Assembly: GCF_964355755.1 (NCBI RefSeq)
Contig: NC_092671.1
Location: 39,256,304-39,320,303, forward strand
DNA length: 64,000 bases
Direction of reading: 5' to 3'
DNA from: Antedon mediterranea
Lineage: Eukaryota > Animalia > Echinodermata
This document shows positions 51,301 to 59,382 of this stretch, piece by piece; the first letter of the stretch is position 1, and each line of letters starts with the position of its first letter. The notes beneath the pieces were generated by a model. It ran no database searches and had not been told where the DNA came from. It saw only the letters and a list, made by a program, of their open reading frames with translations. Position numbers and translations under genes: made by a program.

Positions 51301-54300
51301 TTTACGCATGTTTACATTTTTAATGGAAAAAATATATAACTTACACCCACACAAAACTGCTGCTGCATTGTACACGGTAATTTCAAATGTTTTATTTAAA
51401 TACAAAAGATGAAGAATCAGCTAAATTAAATGAAATCCGATATTAATTCTCTAGAGTAGTTGGATGACCTAAGGTCAAATATAATCCACTACCATGTGAC
51501 CACCACATCATCTGACCTAAGGGCAAACAAAATTAATTAACCATGACCACCACACATCATCTGACCTAAGGTAAAACAAAATTCATTACCATGTGACCAA
51601 CACATCATCTGACCAAAGGTCAAACATAATCCACTACAATGTGACCAACACATCATCTGACCTAAGGGCAAACAAAATCCATTACCATGACCACCACACA
51701 TCATCTGACCTAAGGTAAAACAAAATCCATTACCATGACCACCACACATCATCTGACCTAAGGTAAAACAAAATCCATTACCATGACCACCACATATAAT
51801 CTGACCTAAGGTCAAACATAATCCATTACCATGTAACCACCACATCATCTGACCTAAGGTCAAACATAATCCATTACCATGTGACCAACACATCATCTGA
51901 CCTAAGGTCAAACAAAATCCATTACCATGACCACCACACATCATCTGACCTAAGGTCAAACAAAATCCATTACCATGCGACCACCACATCATCTGACCTA
52001 AGGTCAAACAAAATCCATTACCATGTGACCTACACATCATCTGACCTAAGGTCAAACAAATCCATTACCATGTGACCTAAACATCATCTGACCTAAGGTA
52101 AAACAAAATCCATTACCATGTGACCAACACATCATCTGACCTAAATGAAACATACTGACCACCACCACTTAAATCCCCTCACCTATGGTTGAGATTTAAT
52201 AAGCGACAACAGACATACATTAAAAAAAGGTGAAATAATAAGAAAATATTTAGATCATATAACTAAGTTTTTATTATAATTTTTATATATATATATTTTT
52301 TTCTTGATTGCATGCAAATATTTGCATTTTTTATCTCAAGGTGCTCATACAGCAATAGCTAGCTAGCTCTGTATTTCATTTATTTTTATATTACCTTTTA
52401 ATAGTATTATTTATGCTTTGGGAAAAAATCCACATATAAACATTCATCAAATATGTAATATGATTCCTTCAGGATATTGAATTTAAAATGAGTATTCAGT
52501 CTTTAAGATAGCAAACTATAAAATGTAAGATATTTAAAAATGACGAAAAAGATGTCGACAAAATAATACCAAAATTAACAGGCATTGACAGTATTTTATG
52601 ATAGAATATTATTAACTATTAAATAATTCATTTGTTATTTTTCAATTACAAATAAACATAGCACAAAAAACATAAGTCATTGGATATGACTAAAGCTCTG
52701 TCTACACTATCAAACTCTATGTTGTACAACAAAATGTAATGTGCCCATATATGGACATGATGATGTCACATCACTCCTACTACCATATTTGGGCATATCA
52801 CTATCACAGATTTGGGCATAAAGAAAGTTTAAAAAAAAGTTATGTCATTGCATTTACATTGATTGACTGGTGAATTATCATTGGTGTGATGGTTACCTTT
52901 TCATTGTCCTTTGTAAACATAGTACCGTTTGTTTTGTTGACGACCACAGCCACACCCAAGATATCATTCTCACTGTTTGTAACAGGTAACAACAGTAGGC
53001 TACCGATACGGGGCGTCCCAACAAGTTTCTCCAGTTCATCCTGTTGCGCAAGCTCCTGAAGAAGAAAAACTCTAAAATTAAGAAAGACTAATATCGGGAC
53101 TAATATTTAATGAGGGAACCACTCTCTGCTGGCATCTTGGGTCGCTGCAATAATGTCAAACCTTAAATTTCATACTTTTCCATGGCATAAAATTTAATTT
53201 TTTTAACTATACTACTAAAAATTAAACATTTTTTACCATTCCACTCCGTGACTCGGCTACAGGAGTGGGGTTTTCACATGATCTACCTAGCTAGTAGGCC
53301 AGTTAGTGCCAGTGATTAGGGGTTTGAGGCCCTATAGCCTACATCCCTCTAATACACTCTACTCTACTTACATAGCTGGATAGTATATAGACATAGAGGA
53401 TAGAGATATATAGGATATAGGATAGAGACAAGACTAAGGGGGCCGGAGAGAGGGCCTGGCTGGGCCCGGCCTAAAACTATTATATCAGCCGTGCCTACTA
53501 CTAGTACTAGGCCTACTACTAACTAGCTAGGCCTAGCCTAGCCTATACATACAGTTCCTACAATTTCTACATCGTTATTATCAATATTATACAATGATCA
53601 CCTACACTAACACAAATAGTTGTTATTTAGGCCTACTGTAGGCCTAGTAAAATTTAAATCATATTTGGCACACATGCACCGTGTTCAAATTGATTGATTT
53701 GATTGAGTATGGTGTTTGTGTTCTGATGAGTGATTGCGTCTTAATCCGAAGAATAGTGTTTCTAACGAAATACAAACGCGTCATAGTATTTTTTCAACGC
53801 GGTCCGCATCCAAAGGGTCGAATAATATTACATTTACTGGCAGGTAATCATTTTCACATGGATACGAGAGTACTAAACGATGTGAACAATGGGCATATAA
53901 AAAAATAAAATTAGACCAGAGCGGTTGGGCCTATAAACAATTTATATATTATTTCAAAATCGGTCATTTTAAGATATTTGTCCCCCCAAACAATTTTCAG
54001 ATTTTTTGTTGAATATGCTATTTTAATTTCACCAAAAACTGGATCGAAAAAAATGATTTACCTAAAAAAATGTTATTAAAAGCAAAAAATACGTAGATTG
54101 TCTGTCCAACAATGGTTTTTGGTTAAAATAAACCATTCATTAAAATTGTTTTTTACAGAAGTGAATAACTTTATTAAAACTGCAAAATGGCCTATTTAAA
54201 GTCTGATTAAAATCTTCATTTTTCATGTTTTCTTTAATATTCAGTAAGTCAGTCATAAGATTTTAGATTACGAACGGGTTGATTGAAATTGGTGAGTTCG

Positions 54301-57300
54301 ATTTGAGCGGTTAATGAAGTCCAATGTGTAATCGGTAATTCTTTATGATTTTAATTTGCATATATTATCTTCTTTATGAGAAAGCTGTATATAAAATCAT
54401 CTTCTAGACTAAACATCGTTTCCAACGTGGGTGCGTGAATGTATTCGTCGGACGAATAATAAGTGCTGGATATTGTGAAGCGAAAAAGAGCTGAATGCCC
54501 GATTCGCTCGAAAATATTCTCTCTCTGGAAAACAGGCTTAAGTTTAGATATTATTTTGAAAACCTTTGAAAGATAATTATTTTTAAAAAGAAAACAAAGA
54601 CGTACATGGTTGATGAACATTTTAAGTTACGGTGCATCTTTATTTTGTATCTATTTTTTTTTTAATGTTGGTTTAGTAATTTGTTGACCTTGATCTTGAT
54701 TGTGTAATTGAAAAACTCTAAATGGAGTATTGATCAATGTGTAGATAGAGGTTGAAGGAGGGGAGAGCTTGTCAAACTTAGAGATCAGCTTGGAGAAGGC
54801 TTAGTAATACTGGTCGCAATCGTGGGCGAAGGATCGGACTAGGAGACTAACATTTAAAAGTTTCAACTGAAGACCGAGTCCTACATTCAACTAATAATTA
54901 TAGTAAAATGATATATCATATATAATAGTCTCTATTATTCAAGTTGTATTGCATGGAGTCCTTTTGTAATGTATTGTAATGATTTTGTAACGTATTGGGT
55001 TATAAAAGTGAGACCACAGAAGGTTTGGCTGCATATCTCAAAGTTTATTGATATAGTCTTCTTAGTAGTCTAGAGTTTATTAAAATGATTAATGGAGAAC
55101 TTAATATATAATTCCGATGACTAGAACCGTTAATGGACAGACCCGCACATAAGGGGTTTTGTATACTTGGTTAGTCCCTCACTCGCCCCTTAAAAATATT
55201 ACAAGTTCTTCAAAACTCATTTTAATGAATCTGGAGTCAGAAGTTACCGTACGATTCGATTTGTTAACGAAATCTCTCAATATCGCTTCGGGTAGCGCTC
55301 GCTTTGTACTTAACACTGCTTTGGGCTTGGGAATTAAGTATTATTGATGTACAACGTACAGCCCAATCAAATGCTTTGTATGGAGATAGAAACCACAGTA
55401 ATATACCATGGTTATGGAATTCCATTGCATTGTTAGTATGGCTTAATAATTACGCTTAAGAATCGTTTGAGATTTAAATTACCGAATAGTATAATTTAAT
55501 GAATTCTTTAATAATAAAATGTCAATAATCATGACTGTACGATTGTCATTCAATAAATGTCGAAAGCTCTGTCTACGCTATCAAACTAGTTTGGCAACAA
55601 AAAAGTGTGATGTGCCCAAATATGGTAGTGATATGCTCAAATATGGCAGTGATATGACATTATCATGTCCATATATGGGCACTTCCCATTTTTTTGGTGA
55701 AATAAAGTTTGATAGTGTAGACACAGGGCTTTAATTAAACGTTAACATTTTAAAGCCGAATTATTTATTGCCTATACGAAATCATTAAAAAAAACGACGT
55801 CTTAAAACTTTTCAAATTGTTACAAATTTAGAATTCATTTATAATCTCATTCAAAGCCTTTGTGTTCACGTGATATTAATGATAACGAACTACTACAGCT
55901 AAAAGCACCTTATTATATTGGTATAACCAGCTATAGACTAGACCTAGCAAGAGTAAATTTCATTCTTCTTAGTGGTATCATCATCAGAGAATATTTTTAG
56001 AAAGATATCGGAATACAGATTATTGCTTTGTTGACAATTACGAGCTTAGAGAAGTGGGCGTGGTTTATATGAAATTCGTGGAAGTATATACAGTAAGCAT
56101 TTTTCGAAATATTAAAATAATTAAGTACATGAAAAGTAAAGTTAATTTTCACGCCTAAAGCGTTAATTTAGGCTACCTCGTTTTGGTCAAAATGAATGAT
56201 TAAAAGGCCGTTTTTGGTCATATCGATCGTATAGCAGGCACTATCTGATAAACTGGTCTTTAATTGGAGGTATAATTTGGACGGATGTCTCTGTAAATAT
56301 AGTTTAATCCATTAATAATAAGTGCAAAGGTCAGTGACCTATATATGTGTCGTCATTGGTGGTCTAGCCTACGATGTGTTAAAATCAATATTTGGTGTTT
56401 TAATAAGAACAGGTAAAATTTACTTACTCGTGAGTCCATTACGGTAATTATTAATACAAACCAAAGTTTCCTACCTCTAATTGACCGTGTAAACGAAGTG
56501 CTTTTCCGGTTTCAATTACTTGAGAAAAATATCCAACATTTGGGGGAAACGTGGGACCACGTTCGTTTTCCGACGATCCACCTTGAATTTCACCTGAGCG
56601 GCTTTTTTGAACTAGTTGTTCTTTTCCTTTTGGACCCTCTAATAATAACACCACTGACTTTTCAGCGTCCACTAATATGCTCACATTAGTCTCAATGTTA
56701 TCACACAAACTACTGAGATCTAAATCATGAGAAATATCTTTAACGATCGCAAGGAAAAAGTCGCGCTCGTTTGTTGAGCGTAAAAAGAGTTTTCTTTCAT
56801 GCGTAACGTAATTTTTATTATGTGGTAGACGTACTTGTGGCTCTAAGAGGGCACTTAACGTCATCCCAGGGCTTGGAGGAGGTACTGTTGACGCCCGCCG
56901 AAAGTGCTTCCGACTGTTCCGTCCTTCGACGCTCAACTCGCGTGGCGAAACCGGTCGGTCGCTATCGTCCGGATAATCTTCCGTATCGGATGTCGATGGT
57001 GCCCATGTATGGAAGACTGTTTTTGATCGGGCTTTAGCAAAATCTTGCCTCAGATATTGTCGAGATCCGGAGCGCGGTCGTGCATTTGCGGCCGAGCGCA
57101 TAATATCGTCCTGTTTATCGTTGTTTAAATCGGCTGTTACTCGCTTCAGAGGAAATAACCTCTCTGCTTTGCGTGCATCATTCCACCGGTGAACCAAAGT
57201 GGTACTCCCGCCTTTTCTCATAAAATACTCCTCGAACCAATCCTGATGAAAATCAAGCCATTCTTCAATTTCTTGTTCCGTCTTTGAAAATATTTTCCCG

Positions 57301-57335
57301 CCTTTCCGAACACGTAGCGAAGCACTGCGGTCCAT
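10224..57335 (-). CDS. PDE11A: Dual 3',5'-cyclic-AMP and -GMP phosphodiesterase 11A-like, 16 coding exons, 889 aa (GAF-A, GAF-B, class I PDE catalytic domain)
   Basis: 16 exons with GT-AG boundaries and compatible phases sum to 2670 nt. Catalytic motifs include [53 protein letters not shown] and the invariant Gln in [11 protein letters not shown]11A-type segments include [42 protein letters not shown] and [28 protein letters not shown]. Confidence 0.92.
11111..11185 (-). CDS. PDE11A: PDE11A exon 15, 75 nt
   Basis: tggcag/[25 protein letters not shown]/gtatgt. Confidence 0.92.
11975..12038 (-). CDS. PDE11A: PDE11A exon 14, 64 nt
   Basis: ttatag/[21 protein letters not shown]/gtaagt. Confidence 0.92.
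12616..12690 (-). CDS. PDE11A: PDE11A exon 13, 75 nt
   Basis: ttttag/[25 protein letters not shown]/gtaatg. Confidence 0.9.
12853..12953 (-). CDS. PDE11A: PDE11A exon 12, 101 nt
   Basis: cttgtag/[34 protein letters not shown]/gtaaga. Confidence 0.92.
13036..13189. mobile_element. MITE family A copy
   Basis: TAA-agctctgtctacactatcaaac...gtttgatagtgtagacagagct-TAA. Confidence 0.85.
13245..13572. mobile_element. Kolobok-like MITE (TTAA target)
   Basis: TTAA-agatgtattgtcccc...ggggagaatttatct-TTAA. Purine (AG) termini with a TTAA TSD favour Kolobok over piggyBac. Homologous copies lie at 19670-20003 and about 53971-54234, with fragments near 27100-27170, 27612-27720 and 46190-46224. Confidence 0.65.
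14072..14162 (-). CDS. PDE11A: PDE11A exon 11, 91 nt
   Basis: tgatag/[30 protein letters not shown]/gtatgt. Confidence 0.92.
14989..15023. mobile_element. Transposon footprint: 21-bp hairpin with 7-bp target duplication
   Basis: gttagat-[cagggagtt gtt aactccctg]-gttagat. Confidence 0.75.
16097..16200 (-). CDS. PDE11A: PDE11A exon 10 (HD motif), 104 nt
   Basis: gacag/[35 protein letters not shown]/gtaagt. Confidence 0.92.
17032..17480. repeat. Minisatellite, about 17-bp unit (aagtacagacttgcctt), overlapping the exon 9 donor
   Basis: About 25 tandem units with 1-bp indel variants; the unit mirrors the junction ctgtacttaag/gtaagtct. Confidence 0.9.
17470..17577 (-). CDS. PDE11A: PDE11A exon 9 (catalytic YHN motif), 108 nt
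   Basis: catctag/[36 protein letters not shown]/gtaagt. Confidence 0.93.
18182..18328 (-). CDS. PDE11A: PDE11A exon 8, 147 nt
   Basis: tttacag/[49 protein letters not shown]/gtagag. Confidence 0.92.
19670..20003. mobile_element. Kolobok-like MITE copy
   Basis: TTAA-agatgtatttgtcccc...gcggacgatatatct-TTAA; collinear with 13245-13572. Confidence 0.65.
22628..23800 (-). mobile_element. Helentron/HINE (DINE-1-like) non-autonomous rolling-circle element
   Basis: The minus-strand 3' end reads gcggataacc + hairpin aactcgtc-cgtagt-gacgagtt + tctagt. The same gcggataacc recurs near the 5' end (about 23767-23776), followed by a T/TTC-rich tract. The interior is CpG-rich with no ORF. The 5' boundary is approximate. 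Confidence 0.55.
23921..23969. repeat. (GAT/GAA)n microsatellite
   Basis: atgatgatgaagatgatgatgaag... accounts for the poly-His in ORF 23675..24064. Confidence 0.9.
25068..25389. repeat. G-rich minisatellite, 69-bp unit, about 4.6 copies
   Basis: ggtgaggggagtgtttggaggggtcaatatgttaggggccacttactgtagtgtactcatgcaggtact repeated almost perfectly. Confidence 0.95.
25501..25684. repeat. Minisatellite, 47-bp unit, about 4 copies
   Basis: aaagagctctaaccaggaaagctaaccaatttgtgaacttgtgtata. Confidence 0.9.
25763..25906 (-). CDS. PDE11A: PDE11A exon 7, 144 nt
   Basis: ctctag/[48 protein letters not shown]/gtaagt. Confidence 0.92.
26636..26703 (-). CDS. PDE11A: PDE11A exon 6, 68 nt
   Basis: tttctag/(G)[22 protein letters not shown]/gtatga. 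Confidence 0.92.
29051..30488 (-). pseudogene. Reverse transcriptase portion of the LINE ORF
   Basis: Uninterrupted RT domain through the C-terminus; the first 16 or so codons of the listed ORF come from the Helitron end. Confidence 0.9.
30489..32885 (-). mobile_element. Non-autonomous Helitron (2397 bp)
   Basis: The minus strand starts TCTATATATAAA and ends with hairpin ctagatggtacgcgagcgaagcgagcgtgccat-CTAG. It sits between A and T with no TSD, and removing it restores LINE codons GAA TA/T AAT AAT. An internal direct duplication of about 300 bp is present (31476-31848 and 32306-32611). Confidence 0.88.
34636..34796. mobile_element. MITE family A copy
   Basis: TAA-agctctatttacactatca...tgatagtgtagacagagct-TTA. 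Confidence 0.8.
35627..35873 (-). CDS. PDE11A: PDE11A exon 5 (GAF-B), 247 nt
   Basis: tttgcag/[61 protein letters not shown]/gtaaga; a tandem CAGAAG acceptor makes the first Lys uncertain. Confidence 0.9.
36172..36243 (+). tRNA. tRNA-like gene (Glu/Asp-type body, anticodon ATC) carried within a repeat unit; probably repeat-borne rather than a housekeeping tRNA
   Basis: Acceptor GCCCCAG/TTGGGGC, A box TGGTCTAATGG, anticodon arm TCTGC-ATATCAA-GCAGG, T arm CCGAG-TTCGAGT-CTCGG, discriminator G, and a T5 terminator 2 nt downstream. Partial copies lie at 35909-35956 (direct) and 36642-36673 (inverted). Confidence 0.65.
36386..36510 (-). mobile_element. Penelope-like element terminal (pLTR) fragment between (TA)n tracts
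   Basis: Minimal hammerhead followed by AATAAA and a T-rich tail, flanked on both sides by (TA)n. Confidence 0.6.
36462..36504 (-). ncRNA. Minimal type I hammerhead ribozyme (Penelope-type)
   Basis: ttttcac-CTGATGA-t-GGGC tat GCCC-GAAA-c at g-TC-gttaaaa: intact core, stem II, palindromic ACATGT stem III, and stem I with one mismatch. Confidence 0.7.
36750..36881. repeat. Minisatellite, 14-bp unit ttaaacacctggaa, about 9 copies
   Basis: Direct tandem repetition. Confidence 0.9.
40453..40762 (+). mobile_element. tRNA-derived SINE (CORE-like centre), full length
   Basis: A box tggcgcagtgg, B box ggttcaagccc, core ccttgagcaag..cccacccaggtg..aaatgggtacc, (ttacc)n tail, and a 13-bp TSD ttttataagcatt (40440-40452 and 40763-40775). 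Confidence 0.85.
41121..41410 (+). mobile_element. tRNA-derived SINE (second family; intact relative of the split copy)
   Basis: tggcgcagtt..ggttcgaatcc head, core ccttaagcaagatacttt..ccaggtgtataaatgggtacc, and (att)n tail. Confidence 0.8.
43100..43746. mobile_element. Tc1/mariner superfamily (Tc2/pogo-type) MITE
   Basis: TA-ccgtactgatgcgggtataagccca...tgggcttacacccgcgtcagtacgg-TA with repeated subterminal ctcgggtataagcccaccc motifs. Confidence 0.85.
43870..44225. repeat. Minisatellite, 27-bp unit, about 13 copies
   Basis: atagcacagtacagtagtacattttat, a nearly perfect array. Confidence 0.95.
46397..46537 (-). CDS. PDE11A: PDE11A exon 4 (start of GAF-B), 141 nt
   Basis: gcatag/[47 protein letters not shown]/gtaagt. 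Confidence 0.92.
46736..46825 (-). CDS. PDE11A: PDE11A exon 3, 90 nt
   Basis: ttcacag/[30 protein letters not shown]/gtaaga. Confidence 0.9.
47001..47136. mobile_element. MITE family A copy
   Basis: TTA-agctctgtctacactat...atagtgtagacagagct. Confidence 0.8.
48012..48193. mobile_element. MITE family B (Harbinger-like)
   Basis: TTA-agcttggttcccactag...ctagtgggaaccacgct-TTA; near-identical to 60107-60286 and 60372-60553. Confidence 0.85.
48300..48625. repeat. Degenerate minisatellite, 16-18-bp unit gagtgacattttgtga
   Basis: Direct tandem repetition. Confidence 0.85.
49130..49432. repeat. Minisatellite, 21/24-bp unit ttaagatacacccagggtac
   Basis: About 13 copies; explains the repetitive ORFs at 49043-49492. 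Confidence 0.9.
51466..52145. repeat. Minisatellite, 48-bp unit, about 14 copies
   Basis: tgacctaaggtcaaacaaaatccattaccatgtgaccaccacatcatc. Confidence 0.95.
52897..53055 (-). CDS. PDE11A: PDE11A exon 2 (GAF-A), 159 nt
   Basis: ttcttcag/[53 protein letters not shown]/gtaacc. Confidence 0.88.
56475..57335 (-). CDS. PDE11A: PDE11A coding exon 1 (N-terminal region and first half of GAF-A), 861 nt
   Basis: [33 protein letters not shown]; donor GAG/gtagga, phase 0. Confidence 0.9.
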
Positions 57336-57979
57336 TCTAGCAAATCGTTAATTACAATATTGACAAAAGTATTCCAATAACAAGTGCATTAAACTTTGAT
57401 CCATTTATAATAGTATAAAAACAACACTAAGTAAAATTTATTTCATTTGTGATGTTTAGTGAATAAAATAACAAGATGCAAAAATGATGATTAACAACCC
57501 GATTACAACAACTCAATGCTAAAACGGATACATCATCGGTGTTTCAGCAATAATATGCGCACACACGAAAACATCCAAACCGTTTTGTATTCGATTACTA
57601 CACTATTCAACTATATTTCTCAAGTGCTAAGTGTGTCACAAAGCGTGAATACTCTAAATTTCCATCGGTTAAAATAACCTGGAGATTGTGTTCACAGAGC
57701 AGACAATAAATTAACATGCATTAAGCAGTCGTAGAATATCGCTAAAACGATACGGAAACTATACCCGTACTTGGAAATCGTGCTTAATATTAAAAGTAGT
57801 AGAACTATTACCGTGGAATCCAATAACTCTACGTGCGGTAGACATGTATCGCAGGCCTAATGGGAAAGCATTCAACGCTAACATAAAACCGAGACCTTTG
57901 TAATCCTTGGATTCACACGAATATGTACGCGCTTCTCGTTAGTACGCGCGTATGAATAAGTATTTTCAAAAAATCTAGA

Positions 57980-58315
57980 TGACGTCATAGATTGATTATA
58001 TTCAATCGTCGGATATGAAATCCCGATCACAAGTTTAGATTACCGGAAATAGCACGTTTCTGAATATTTTAAACACATGACGACCAATTGTAGACAATTA
58101 GGCTGAACTACTTCACTGAAAAGAAACAGGATAAATTCAATTAAATTCCTACTTGGAAAATCTCCTCCATGAGGAAAATGTTAAATTCGTTCTTAGAATT
58201 ATCAGTAACTGGCCATCACTGAGTCACTTCATCGTTTAATAGATCTTAATGGCATCTCTTTTCACTTCTACTTTATCCTTTGTGTACGAATCAGTCTAAC
58301 GGTAACATGACGTCA
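57980..58315. promoter_or_regulatory. Two full CRE palindromes upstream of the PDE11A ATG
   Basis: TGACGTCA at 57980-57987 and 58308-58315 in a relatively CpG-rich, repeat-free region; function is inferred only. Confidence 0.35.
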
Positions 58316-59382
58316 CTGATACGTGCCGCCACGACAAAAGCACCGTGCCTAAAATAAATATGTCAAATATTAGCAAAAGGACATCGGATCTCTGGTGGTC
58401 TAAACATTAATAAACACTATTTAACACTATCAAGTTGATGAAGGATAACCCCGATATATCTGTGATCTGATGGGAGGCTTATCGCCAGTAAGTAGAGAAA
58501 GTGGAGCAATTCCCCACTTCCTAGTCTTCTTCCGATTGTTAACCATGGAGTAACTCACGTTAATGTAAATATTCCCGTAAATATTACACATACTTAATTA
58601 TTTATAAGAAATTGAACAATAACAAAAATAGTTCAGTTCATAGTACAGCGGATGATCTGTTTACGGATCTAACGTTGTTTATAAATAACCTACGTACGAG
58701 TGAAGAGGCCAAAGGAGAATACAATAGGCCTACTCAAAGGAGACTCCTGGAGGCTTACCGTCTTTGTATAGGATTCTAATATTACCTGTTGGATTTTAGC
58801 AATATGATAAACATCATTGTTGTTTTTATTCTACCCTAAGCATAACAAAAACATAAAAACCAAATACTTACAATAAAAGTTGATTAACATTGCGCGCAGC
58901 GTATTATCCTGGTGGTTTTAGATTAAACACCGGCCGTGGAATGACACTTTTTAACGCAGGCAAATTTCCGTCTGTGTTTTGGACTCGTCCATTATCAGAC
59001 AATATCTTCAAAACGATTAACTCATTTCAAATGTTTGTACAAGTACCAGGTAGATCGGACGTAGATACGAGCCAATAAAGAGGCAAAACAAGGAAGTTAT
59101 CAAAACATACAATGGCCCGGTATTCCGGAAATGTATAGGCCTATTGAACGGATGGAATGGTTCACCTTTCTTCAAAAGGACACAAAATTACCCGTATTGC
59201 TCCCGTTTCTCGTCACCAATACTTTGGCAAGACTCCCCGTCGTCATCAATTCAGGTAGTAATGGGTACTCATCAGAAGTCCCATAATTTCCCCACACAAT
59301 TTCACACGCTTTCCATTTTATACTCTTGCAATAATTTACAAAATTAAAATAGTTATTCTAAGTAAAGCAACATTCACACTAA

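Noticed and set aside
58726-58758. Possible third footprint (ggcctac..aggag-a-ctcct..ggcttac)
   Set aside because: The flanking repeat is imperfect and the hairpin is only 5 bp; it is too degenerate to call.
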